Shown: piece after piece, positions 8,119-17,399 of the stretch
Layout: each line of letters starts with the position of its first letter
Position numbering within the stretch: position 1 is the first letter of the stretch
Source: Patescibacteria group bacterium
GTDB taxonomy: Bacteria > Patescibacteriota > Dojkabacteria > J137
NCBI GenBank assembly: GCA_016861265.1
Contig: BOLA01000001.1
Span: forward strand, 139,569 to 203,568
Direction of reading: 5' to 3'
DNA length: 64,000 bases
Notes under the pieces: generated by a model
The model's input: only the letters and a program-made list of their open reading frames with translations
Told to the model about the DNA's origin: nothing
Database searches by the model: none
Program-made: the position numbers and the translations under genes

Positions 8119-9207
8119 TTAACTGCCGAAAAATACCCCTATCCTTTTTGCTGTGTGAACCTCCAAACAATCTGGAGTTACCAATTTTAATTGTGCTACT
8201 GCTTCGGCAATAGGGACTAATACAATTTTCCCATCTCTAATACTTACCATTTTTCCGTAATCGCCATTAACGGCAGCCTCCATAGCAGCAACACCGTATT
8301 GTTTTGCTAGTATTCTATCTTCTGAATTTGGTGTTCCTCCTCTTTGAACATGACCAAGAACAGTGTTTCTTAGCTCGAATTCACCAGGCGCCATCTTTTC
8401 GATGTTATGAATAATCGTATTTGAAATTCCTCCTAATTTTATTTCTTGTTTTTGAGTACTCTCCGCTGGTTCTAGGGTAACAAAGAATCCCTCTTTAGAA
8501 GTAGCTCCTTCTGCAACTACAACTACACTCGATCTGTAACCGGTTTCCTTTCTCATTCTTAAAAACTCTACAATTTTCTTATAATCAAAAGGCATCTCAG
8601 GAAGTAATATCATGTCTGCACCACCAGCTAAGCCGGAATTTAATGCAATCCAACCGGCATGTCTGCCCATAACTTCAACAAAGATTACCCGGTCGTGACT
8701 TGTAGCAGTTGTATGAGTTCTATCCAGAGCTTCGGTCGCTATATCCACTGCAGTAGAGAATCCAAAGGTTTTGTCTGTACTTTTTAAATCATTATCGATT
8801 GTTTTAGGTACGCCCACTATATTGACTCCCTTATCTGCTAACTGAAGTGCACCGCTTAATGTACCGTCTCCACCAATAACTATTAGAGCCTCTACTCCAA
8901 CTTTTTCTAGGTTTGCCTTTGCTTGATTTAAAATCTCATCATCAATTTTATTTTTATCTCCAGCACCTACTTTTGCTGCAAATCTGCCTTTATTGACTGT
9001 ACCTAATATAGTTCCACCCACGTGACTTATTCCTCTCACAGCTTTTTGATCTAGAGTTCGGTAAAGCATAGGACTTAAGACGCCTTCCCAGCCTTTTTCA
9101 AAACCAATAAATTCATGACCATCGTGCACTCCCGACTTAACTATTGACGAAATTACTGCGTTCAATGGCTGAACATCTCCTCCCCCATTAAGAATACCTA
9201 TCTTCAT
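8119..9207 (-). CDS. pfk: 6-phosphofructokinase (PFK-A family; ATP versus PPi specificity unclear).
   Basis: The GGDGT motif and PKTIDNDL (Lys at the position that is Gly in ATP-PFK and Lys in PPi-PFK) form a mixed signature. Confidence 0.85.
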   Translation of the reverse strand: MKIGILNGGGDVQPLNAVISSIVKSGVHDGHEFIGFEKGWEGVLSPMLYRTLDQKAVRGISHVGGTILGTVNKGRFAAKVGAGDKNKIDDEILNQAKANLEKVGVEALIVIGGDGTLSGALQLADKGVNIVGVPKTIDNDLKSTDKTFGFSTAVDIATEALDRTHTTATSHDRVIFVEVMGRHAGWIALNSGLAGGADMILLPEMPFDYKKIVEFLRMRKETGYRSSVVVVAEGATSKEGFFVTLEPAESTQKQEIKLGGISNTIIHNIEKMAPGEFELRNTVLGHVQRGGTPNSEDRILAKQYGVAAMEAAVNGDYGKMVSIRDGKIVLVPIAEAVAQLKLVTPDCLEVHTAKRIGVFFGS

Positions 9208-9376
9208 ATTCCAAGCTTAAAAAATAAATTGTAAGCTTTAAGATACTAAGTTTTTTACGATAATATAATGCGTACAAAACTTAATACTCAAAGCCTATTT
9301 CTAAAATAATACCAGATATATTATGTTAAATATACTCTTATGCTATATTTAGTCGTGTAAATTTTAAAATAGAAAA

Positions 9377-10897
9377 ATGAAGAAAAAGAAAGTAGTACTA
9401 GTTATTATGGATGGCTGGGGACTAGCTCCGGATGATAAATTCAATGCAATTGCAAATGCAAAAACTCCTAACTTTGATAGATTAGTAAGAGATTATCCTA
9501 ACACAAGATTAAAATCTGATGGACTAGCCGTAGGGTTACCCGAGGGCCAATTTGGTACAAGCGAAGTTAACCACTTAACCATTGGAGCAGGCCGGGTTAT
9601 ATTACAAGACTTACCAAGAATAAATCACGCTATAGAAACTGAACAATTTTTTAGTAATAAGGCCATTGTAGATACTTTTAAATATACAGTCGAAAATAAT
9701 TCAAACCTAAACCTGATTGGATTATTGAGCGATGGTGGTGTACATACAACCATTGAACATTTATTTGCATTCTTTGAAGCAGCTAAAAGATTAAACTATA
9801 AACAGCAAATCAATTTACACGTTTTTACTGACGGAAGAGATGTTGCACCTAAATCTGCTGAAAAGTATTTTACTATGCTCGATCAAAAGATTCAGGAATA
9901 CAAAGAATTAAACATAAAATTGGCTACTGTACAGGGAAGAAGTTTCCTAGATAGAGATAGGGACTGGGCAAAAACCGAAAAAGCAGTCGAATTAATTACA
10001 AAAGGTGAGGGAAAGAGCTTCAGTGATTGGAAGGCGATTCTTAACTTTGAATATAATATTAATGTTACAGATGAATTCTTTCCACAGTATGTACTAGACA
10101 AGAGCGGGTTATTAGGCAAAAATGATGGAGTTATCTTCTTTCACTACAGAACCGATAGACTATACCAATTAGTAAAAAGAATACTTCAAGAAACTCAGTT
10201 AAATCTAAAGGCAATTACCATGATTAATGTAAGCGAGGAGTTTGATGTTGAAATGGCATTTCCAAGGGAATCTGTAAGCAATGTGCTTGCGGAAGTAATA
10301 TCCAAGGCTGAATTGCGACAACTACATACTACTGAAACCGAAAAATATGCTCACTTAACATTTTTCTTGAATGGTGAAAAAGAAAGGGAAATGCCGTACG
10401 AGGAATGGAAACTAGTTGAATCAAATAGATTTGTAAAGCCTTATTATAACTTTGAACCATCAATGCGAAACTTTGAAATTACAAAGAATATTTTAGATGG
10501 AATTGATAACGACAAATACGATTTTATAATTGCAAATCTATCAAGTGCAGACATGGTCGGCCATACTGGCAACTACGAGGCTGCAGTAGTATCTGCAGAG
10601 TCTGTAGATTACTGCCTAGGTCGAATTTATGAAGCAGTAAAGGATAAGCTTGATGATTATGCACTATTAATAACTGCCGATCATGGTAATTCAGATATTA
10701 TGTGGGACTATGAAAATAATCAGCCACACACACAGCACACCACATCACCTGTTCCTTTTGTAGTTGTTACCAATGGAAGATATAAATTACACAGAAGAGA
10801 AACTTTAAGCGATATTGCTCCTACTGTACTGGACTTAATGCATTTATCTAAACCATTCGAAATGACTGGTGATTCATTAATTATAGAAGAAAAATGA
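9377..10897 (+). CDS. gpmI: 2,3-bisphosphoglycerate-independent phosphoglycerate mutase.
   Basis: VLVIMDGWG N-terminus, the metal-binding serine region, ADHGN, and a length of 506 aa. It ends with TGA, overlapping the next start (ATGA). Confidence 0.9.
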   Translation: MKKKKVVLVIMDGWGLAPDDKFNAIANAKTPNFDRLVRDYPNTRLKSDGLAVGLPEGQFGTSEVNHLTIGAGRVILQDLPRINHAIETEQFFSNKAIVDTFKYTVENNSNLNLIGLLSDGGVHTTIEHLFAFFEAAKRLNYKQQINLHVFTDGRDVAPKSAEKYFTMLDQKIQEYKELNIKLATVQGRSFLDRDRDWAKTEKAVELITKGEGKSFSDWKAILNFEYNINVTDEFFPQYVLDKSGLLGKNDGVIFFHYRTDRLYQLVKRILQETQLNLKAITMINVSEEFDVEMAFPRESVSNVLAEVISKAELRQLHTTETEKYAHLTFFLNGEKEREMPYEEWKLVESNRFVKPYYNFEPSMRNFEITKNILDGIDNDKYDFIIANLSSADMVGHTGNYEAAVVSAESVDYCLGRIYEAVKDKLDDYALLITADHGNSDIMWDYENNQPHTQHTTSPVPFVVVTNGRYKLHRRETLSDIAPTVLDLMHLSKPFEMTGDSLIIEEK

Positions 10898-11472
10898 AAG
10901 ATATAACAAAAATACAAAATCTAATCGATGAATATGTACCCGGAGACAGTGTAGAAATTGGATACAAACAAAGAATAATTGGACTTCTTAACGAGCATGG
11001 TTTGAATGCCTTCAGTAATGAAAATTTTGATGATGGACATATTACAGGCAGTGCATTTGTATTCGATATAAATAAAAACTCTCTATTGCTTTTGCACCAT
11101 AAAAAATTAAATAGATGGTTGCAACCCGGAGGACACAGTGATGGTTTCCCAGATGTTTTGGAAACTGCGAAAAGAGAAATTTACGAGGAAACAGGAATTA
11201 CTGAATTTAGTACAGATGGTAGAATTTTTGATATTGATATTCATCTAATTCCAGCAAAAGAAGGTAAACACCCTGAACATTATCATTACGACGTTAGGTT
11301 CTTGTTCTTAAGCGATTCAACAATACCCCCGGTCTTGAATGTTGCAGAAACCAATGAGATAAAATGGGTGGATCTTAAAGAAATATATGAATATGTAAAT
11401 AGCGAAGACATTACAATAAAAAGAGTCATAAAAAAGCTGGAAAATATTAAAAAAGACGAAAAAGATATATAA
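10894..11472 (+). CDS. NUDIX hydrolase.
   Basis: Nudix box GGHSDGFPDVLETAKREIYEETGI. Confidence 0.75.
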   Translation: MKDITKIQNLIDEYVPGDSVEIGYKQRIIGLLNEHGLNAFSNENFDDGHITGSAFVFDINKNSLLLLHHKKLNRWLQPGGHSDGFPDVLETAKREIYEETGITEFSTDGRIFDIDIHLIPAKEGKHPEHYHYDVRFLFLSDSTIPPVLNVAETNEIKWVDLKEIYEYVNSEDITIKRVIKKLENIKKDEKDI

Positions 11473-11634
11473 GTTTTTATATTGCTAAAAAATAAATATT
11501 AATTACTTACTAAAAACTTTTTTCTATTAGACTTTGCACTAATTGTATTCTTAGCTAAAGCTAAGCGAAATAATTATAAAATCTATCAAAAAGAGATATA
11601 ATTAGCTTGTTTAAATAATTATTATTAATTCAAT

Positions 11635-12210
11635 ATGGGATTCGAAATTATTTTACTGCTAATTTGCTGTGTTGTATTAGTAGTCGCAGGTGGAATTGCA
11701 CTATATGTGCTTGGGGTTTATAACTCATTAAGAACTCAAAATGTGTTGGTAGATGAAGGCTGGAGCGGAATTGATGTTCAACTTAAAAAGAGATTCGATT
11801 TAATACCTAACCTGGTAGAAACAGTTAAGGGTTATGCAAAGCATGAATCAGCAATATTCGAAAAAGTAGCAGAATTAAGAAGCGGAATGATGAATGCAAA
11901 AACACCTGAAGAAGTAGGAAAATACGAAGGTGAATTAAGAGGAACATTAAAAACTTTATTTGCTGTTGCAGAAAATTACCCAGAATTAAAGGCAAATGAA
12001 AATTTTATGTCTCTTCAATCATCACTTCAGACAATTGAAGGTGACCTTGAGAGCGCAAGAAGATATTACAATGGTGCTGTTAGAGATTTAAATACCAAGA
12101 TAGTTGTATTCCCAAATAGCTTTATTGCAGGAATATTTAATATTAAAGCTAGACAATTTTTTGAAGTATCTACAGAAGCAGAAAGAGAGAATGTTAAGGT
12201 GAGTTTCTAA
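11635..12210 (+). CDS. lemA: LemA family membrane protein.
   Basis: N-terminal TM followed by the characteristic LemA region (GWSGIDVQLKKRFDLIPNLVETVKGYAKHE ... NGAVRDLNTKIVVFPNSFIA). Confidence 0.8.
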   Translation: MGFEIILLLICCVVLVVAGGIALYVLGVYNSLRTQNVLVDEGWSGIDVQLKKRFDLIPNLVETVKGYAKHESAIFEKVAELRSGMMNAKTPEEVGKYEGELRGTLKTLFAVAENYPELKANENFMSLQSSLQTIEGDLESARRYYNGAVRDLNTKIVVFPNSFIAGIFNIKARQFFEVSTEAERENVKVSF

Positions 12211-12228
12211 AACATAATCGAAATTTAA

Positions 12229-12248
12229 AGGGCGCCTTTAGGCGCCCT
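12229..12248 (+). terminator. Rho-independent terminator after lemA.
   Basis: agggcgcc-ttta-ggcgccct followed by tttgtttt. Confidence 0.5.
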
Positions 12249-12267
12249 TTTGTTTTATTATCAAAAT

Positions 12268-13170
12268 TTAGGCTAATACTTCGATAGTTGCCAATGCCTT
12301 TTGTTCACAATCATTACTACAATAAGCCTTACCATCTACTGCATAGCAATTTTTACAGCACACAATGTGCCTTCTCCCTTTACAATGAATATATGCGCAA
12401 TCAATATAATTATCACTAACTGCACCGCATTTCTCACACTTTGAAACAATAGTATGTTTATCCGAATCTGTTTCAAAACCCATTACTACTCTTCCATCGA
12501 ATACATATAATTTTCCCAGAAAATCTTCATTCGGGTACTTTTCCATATAAGTCACAATTCCATTGTGTAATTGGTAAACATTCTTAAAACCCTTGCTTAC
12601 TAAATATCCAGATGCTTTCTCGCATCTAACACCGCCCGTACACACGGTTACAATTTTTTTATCCTTTAAATGTTCCCAATCTTTGATTATATTTGGTAAA
12701 TCTCTAAAGTTTTTTAGTGCAGGTAAAATTGAGTCCTTAAAATATCCTACCTTATGCTCATAGTCATTTCTCATGTCTATAATGTAAAACTCTTCTCCTG
12801 ATTTAAATAAGTCATGGAGTTCTTCTGCTGACATGTATTTACCAGTTGTAACATTTGGGTCTACATCCTCATCTCCTAAATGAGCACTTACTAATTCACT
12901 TCTAACCTTCACAGAGATTTTAGGGAATGCATTACCGGTACCTTCACTGATCTTAAAATTCATATTAGTGAACCTAGAATCTTCAAGCATTACCTGCATA
13001 TATTTTTCTGTATCAGGTTTTAAACCCTCTAGGGTTCCATTAATACCTTCTTTAGACACTATAATTCTACTTTTAAGATTCAACTCTTTACATAGCTGTT
13101 TCTGTTCCTCCATTAACTTTGCGGGATCGTCTATTTTTACGTATTTATAATATAGTAGTATTTGATGCAT
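12268..13170 (-). CDS. trhO: tRNA uridine(34) hydroxylase TrhO (YceA, rhodanese-like).
   Basis: Collinear with E. coli YceA: YYKYVKIDDP, EGINGT, KIVTVCTGGVRCEKASGYL, and a C-terminal Cys-rich tail. Confidence 0.75.
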   Translation of the reverse strand: MHQILLYYKYVKIDDPAKLMEEQKQLCKELNLKSRIIVSKEGINGTLEGLKPDTEKYMQVMLEDSRFTNMNFKISEGTGNAFPKISVKVRSELVSAHLGDEDVDPNVTTGKYMSAEELHDLFKSGEEFYIIDMRNDYEHKVGYFKDSILPALKNFRDLPNIIKDWEHLKDKKIVTVCTGGVRCEKASGYLVSKGFKNVYQLHNGIVTYMEKYPNEDFLGKLYVFDGRVVMGFETDSDKHTIVSKCEKCGAVSDNYIDCAYIHCKGRRHIVCCKNCYAVDGKAYCSNDCEQKALATIEVLA

Positions 13171-13212
13171 AGATGTAGATTATATCATTAATAGAACTGT
13201 ATTTAGCAAGGG

Positions 13213-14988
13213 TTACTGCCTTGGAACTCCTATAACATCCTTAATTGCCTGAAATGTATCTAACCATAAAGGCCTTACATTATAGGCAGACAGGTTTTCA
13301 CCCGCAGGTTCTTGTGGTCTCTCCAATTTAATTCCCATAACAAATGTTCTTTGAGAAGATTGGTCGAAGCCAACAAAGGATGCATTAATTTCGTCTGAGT
13401 AAGTACCATTCTGTGCAATTAAAGCAGTACCAGACTTAACACCTAAATTATAATTAATAATGTCATCGTACCACCACTCACCATAATATATAGCTTTCTG
13501 ATAGTTATAGTTCATCATATAAAACATTTTTTCCGCAGTTTCCGCTTTAAGTACCGTATCTAGAATCTGCGGTTTATATTCGCTTACATTACCATCACTA
13601 TCCACTACCTTTGTAACAACATAGGGTTTCATTCTTACTCCATTATTAGCTATTGCAGATACTGCAGATACAGCCTGAACGAGATTTACTAAGTAACCGT
13701 GACCGTAGGACATAGCCGCAACATCCCCAATGTTAAAATCCTTTGCATCTTTTATGGGCCAATAGGATTCTCCTGCTAAATCAACTCCTGTACTTTTTCC
13801 AATTCCGAATCTTACTAAATAGTCATGAAATTCTTCCTTGCTTAAATGCTCCTTAGCTAAATGGAATAAACAAATATTATCTGATTTAGCAAAACAATCC
13901 TTTAATGGCATTGCCGGCTGCGGTACGTGATCCCAAGTACACAAGTCACCTAATTCATCTGTAAATTTTTCACAACCTTGGTGTCCGTTTGGTAGAATTA
14001 CAGTTTCAGATGTTACTCTATCTAGGTCTACAGTTGCCGCTATAGTTAAAGCTTTCCCAATTGATCCCATTTCATATGGAGCCGACAAAGCCTCGTTTCC
14101 ATAAGCAGCAGGATCTTTTTCTTCTCTAAGATTTGGATCGTAATCTGGGTAATTTGCCAATGTAAGAATCTGACCTGTCTTCGGATCCATAATTGCTGCA
14201 GAACCAGATAAGGCCTTATACTTTTCAACACCTTCCTTTAACTTTTGCTGCACTATTTCCTGCAGCTTTTTATTTATTGAAGTATATACTGCACTGCCGT
14301 TTTTTGGTTCTATGGTGGCTGTAAGCGCCGTAGCAATAGCCTCTCCTTTAGCATTTGTCTCTTGAACTAAAATTCCCTTTATAGGGTTTAGAATCTCATT
14401 CCAGCCTTCTTCGATTCCTCCCAATCCAATAGTTTTATCGTTAATAACATTAGTTAACCCGACAACGTGGCTAGCAAGTCTTTTTTCAGGGTAAATTCTC
14501 TTTGATTTGTTTTCAAATTGAAAGCCTTTTAACTGTGTATCGAATTCATCTGCCTTAAGATCGTTTAACTGATTCCATTGTTTATCTGAAAGTGACTTTG
14601 CCACAGGAACCCATAGGATTCCCTTATTAGAATATTCTTCAATTGTAGATTCCAGATTCTCTGCAGTTGAGTCAATTATTGGTGCTACCTTTCTTAAGAA
14701 TTCTTCTCTAGTTTGAAGCTTTAGGTTTTCGTAATATTCGAGATCCTTAACCCAAATATACATATCAAATCTTGGTTCCGAATAGGCTAATGTAGTACCG
14801 TCATTCGAAAATATAGTACCTCTTACAGAATTGATTTCCGATGTTGTTGAACGTTGACGAGCGAGTTTAGTCATTCTTGAGGCTTCGACTGCTTGCCATC
14901 TAAAAGTAGCAAATACCAGCAAGAAACCGAATACAAGAATAATTATATGAATTGTCTTAACTTTTCCTATTAAGGTAGAGTTGTTCAT
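13213..14988 (-). CDS. ftsI: Penicillin-binding protein 2 / FtsI-type peptidoglycan transpeptidase.
   Basis: N-terminal TM, a dimerisation region, a transpeptidase domain with SIGKA (SxxK) and KSDN-like (SxN) motifs, and its position in the dcw cluster. Confidence 0.8.
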   Translation of the reverse strand: MNNSTLIGKVKTIHIIILVFGFLLVFATFRWQAVEASRMTKLARQRSTTSEINSVRGTIFSNDGTTLAYSEPRFDMYIWVKDLEYYENLKLQTREEFLRKVAPIIDSTAENLESTIEEYSNKGILWVPVAKSLSDKQWNQLNDLKADEFDTQLKGFQFENKSKRIYPEKRLASHVVGLTNVINDKTIGLGGIEEGWNEILNPIKGILVQETNAKGEAIATALTATIEPKNGSAVYTSINKKLQEIVQQKLKEGVEKYKALSGSAAIMDPKTGQILTLANYPDYDPNLREEKDPAAYGNEALSAPYEMGSIGKALTIAATVDLDRVTSETVILPNGHQGCEKFTDELGDLCTWDHVPQPAMPLKDCFAKSDNICLFHLAKEHLSKEEFHDYLVRFGIGKSTGVDLAGESYWPIKDAKDFNIGDVAAMSYGHGYLVNLVQAVSAVSAIANNGVRMKPYVVTKVVDSDGNVSEYKPQILDTVLKAETAEKMFYMMNYNYQKAIYYGEWWYDDIINYNLGVKSGTALIAQNGTYSDEINASFVGFDQSSQRTFVMGIKLERPQEPAGENLSAYNVRPLWLDTFQAIKDVIGVPRQ

Positions 14989-15311
14989 TTATTTAGTGCA
15001 ACGTTATTACCGTCTGTCTTTTCTAAAAAATTTACGTTTTTTCCTTCGAGTCCGGCTTTTTGAGCAAGATCCTTGGCATTATCTAAAGATTTAGCACCAT
15101 CAATTTTTGAAGTAAGTATTTCATTTTCTAATCTTAGTTCAGCCTTTTCCTGTCTTACATTATCGATCTCTTCACTTTTAGTTCCCACCATAGAAGTAAC
15201 TACCACCTGAGTACCTACATATAAAACTGCTAGAACAATAATTAACGTACCTAGGTATGAATTTAATTTATTAAATGAGATGCTTTTTGTTTGTCTATTA
15301 GTATTTTTCAT
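14985..15311 (-). CDS. ftsL: FtsL/DivIC-like septum-formation protein.
   Basis: Small bitopic protein (TM plus a coiled coil EEIDNVRQEKAELRLENEIL), sitting between rsmH and ftsI with 4-nt overlaps. Confidence 0.55.
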   Translation of the reverse strand: MKNTNRQTKSISFNKLNSYLGTLIIVLAVLYVGTQVVVTSMVGTKSEEIDNVRQEKAELRLENEILTSKIDGAKSLDNAKDLAQKAGLEGKNVNFLEKTDGNNVALNK

Positions 15312-15314
15312 GTC

Positions 15315-16283
15315 TTATAGTTTTATATATGTATAAAGTTTTGCACTTCTAGATCTAATATTCTCCTTAATCTCTTCAACTGATGGCCTTACAAAGAGTT
15401 CATCACCACGTTTACTTGTTACATCTATCGCTTGTTTTTCTAGATTACTTTGCAAAAAAGGAACAATTGCCTTGTCTTCACCACTATGGAAAGTTATAAC
15501 TCCCATTGTGCCTTTTTCATTAAGTAACTCAAATGTTGATTCCATCAAAGTTGTTAAATTGGTTAATTCTGCATTAACAGCAATTCTTAAAGCCTGAAAT
15601 ACTCTAGAATAAGTTTTATATACCTCATTCTTCTGAAATCTGTTTCCTTGTTTGAATTTAAAACTTCTATCAATTATTAGTTTTAAATCTCTTACTTTAT
15701 TGATTGATCCTTTTTTTCTAAAGCTTATTACTTCACCGACCAAATTTTGATTAGATTTACCATAAACATCGGCATATCTCTCGAACATCTTAGAAAGCTC
15801 ACTTCTGCCTAGTCCATTAAGTAAATCTGCAGCCGTTACACCTAAGTCTTTGTCGAATCTCATGTCTAAGAATGCTTCTACATCGGTTTCATAAGATAGA
15901 CCCTCGATATCAATAAGTTCATCACTAGACCAACCTAAGTCTGCTATAATTCCATCGACGGAATTAATCCCTATTTTTACCAACTCATCTTTAATTGCTA
16001 CAAAATTTTTATTAACTAGATAAACATTCACCTTGTTATTTTTTAATACGATTAATGAGTCTTTTTCTTCTTGAACAGAAAAACCTTCTTTTGTAAGAAT
16101 CTTACAGAAGTTATCTATTGCTTTAAAACTAAGATCAAAACAAATTAAATTTCCGGACTTTAAACTTTTAAGGATCTCTTGACTGTGTCCACCAGCTCCT
16201 AAAGTACAATCAACAACTGTTTTTGTACCACTCAGGTCCAAACTTTCAACTAATTGTTTTAGTAATACACTTTTATGAATCAT
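15315..16283 (-). CDS. rsmH: 16S rRNA (cytosine1402-N4)-methyltransferase RsmH (MraW).
   Basis: VVDCTLGAGGHSQEIL SAM motif. Follows mraZ. Confidence 0.9.
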   Translation of the reverse strand: MIHKSVLLKQLVESLDLSGTKTVVDCTLGAGGHSQEILKSLKSGNLICFDLSFKAIDNFCKILTKEGFSVQEEKDSLIVLKNNKVNVYLVNKNFVAIKDELVKIGINSVDGIIADLGWSSDELIDIEGLSYETDVEAFLDMRFDKDLGVTAADLLNGLGRSELSKMFERYADVYGKSNQNLVGEVISFRKKGSINKVRDLKLIIDRSFKFKQGNRFQKNEVYKTYSRVFQALRIAVNAELTNLTTLMESTFELLNEKGTMGVITFHSGEDKAIVPFLQSNLEKQAIDVTSKRGDELFVRPSVEEIKENIRSRSAKLYTYIKL

Positions 16284-16705
16284 TTTGTACTTAATCTTTC
16301 TGCCAGGTCGGCCACATTGTTTGTTAAATTATTGAGTTTATCTAACCATCTTTCTTCACTCCAAATTTCAATCCATTCACCAACTCCAAGAAATATTATT
16401 TTCTGGCTTATGCTGGCAAATCCTTTTAATCCTTCAGGAATTACAAATCTACCCAAAGAATCGTATTCAATTTCAACAGCTCCTCCTACAATAAATCTTT
16501 TTGTATCTCTTACACTTAAGGACAGTAATGGGCTTCTATTAATTTCTTCAATTAAACTTTCCCATCTTTTGGTGTCTACCATTATTAGGCATTGTTCGTA
16601 ACCCCTTGTTACAAATACCTTTCCGGTAAGACTTTCCCTAAGCTTTTTAGGAATTGCTATTCTGTTTTTATCACCAATAACGGTTGAATACTCGCCAATT
16701 AACAT
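16280..16705 (-). CDS. mraZ: Transcriptional regulator MraZ.
   Basis: MLIGEYSTVIGDKNRIAIPKKLRESL N-terminus. Two SpoVT/AbrB-like halves. Confidence 0.9.
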   Translation of the reverse strand: MLIGEYSTVIGDKNRIAIPKKLRESLTGKVFVTRGYEQCLIMVDTKRWESLIEEINRSPLLSLSVRDTKRFIVGGAVEIEYDSLGRFVIPEGLKGFASISQKIIFLGVGEWIEIWSEERWLDKLNNLTNNVADLAERLSTK

Positions 16706-16790
16706 CGTAAGCAGTAATTATGGAAGCTAAAGCAGTAGAAACAGTTAAAAGTATTTCGGTTTAGTGCAATTTGTTTTGTTTCTTTAATTT

Positions 16791-16818
16791 CCACTTTTTA
16801 CCACTTTCTACCACTTAT
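16791..16818 (-). promoter_or_regulatory. Putative MraZ operator: three direct repeats with 10-bp phasing upstream of mraZ.
   Basis: ccact occurs at 16791, 16801 and 16811 (plus strand), giving AAGTGG(T/A)A x3 on the coding strand, about 85-115 bp upstream of the mraZ start. Known MraZ boxes are GTGGG-type direct repeats with about 10-bp spacing. Confidence 0.45.
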
Positions 16819-17014
16819 ATTAAAAGCTATTAAAACTAATGTCAACAATAAATATCCAAAGATATTAACATATACGCAACTTTTTAATATCAAAAATGGT
16901 ATACGCCACTAAAATCTTTTCCAGACAGTATTTTAGATAATTTAAAATGCTAATAAGAAAATTTATAAAAAAAAGTACCGAAGATTGGTACTTTAACTTT
17001 AAGCGGGAATTTAC

Positions 17015-17392
17015 TTAATCCATTAAAACTCCATAGCCGGTAATCCTTGAATCGAACTCGTAGCCTAAATTACACATTTCTATTACAACAGATTTTATTT
17101 CCTCGAGGGCTATTGGAATATTTATATTTCCTACGACATTATAGTGACTATCAATGCTACTATACTCAATATCATAAACGTTACGCTGCTTTAATGCATT
17201 TACTAGATCAAGAGCATTATCTAATTGACTGGACACAAAGCTAAAATCAAAGCTAACAGATTGATGTTGCTTGTAACCTCGCTCATAGAGCTGATCTAGT
17301 ATAGACTGGATATCGGTGGTGAAGCTATTCAAGTCTTCGTTAAGTTGAGGCTCCGAATAAAACCTTCTATTTCTATTCCAGAAAAAGTTCAT
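17015..17392 (-). CDS. Hypothetical cytoplasmic protein.
   Basis: 125-aa ORF; no confident motif. Confidence 0.35.
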   Translation of the reverse strand: MNFFWNRNRRFYSEPQLNEDLNSFTTDIQSILDQLYERGYKQHQSVSFDFSFVSSQLDNALDLVNALKQRNVYDIEYSSIDSHYNVVGNINIPIALEEIKSVVIEMCNLGYEFDSRITGYGVLMD

Positions 17393-17399
17393 TGCTATT

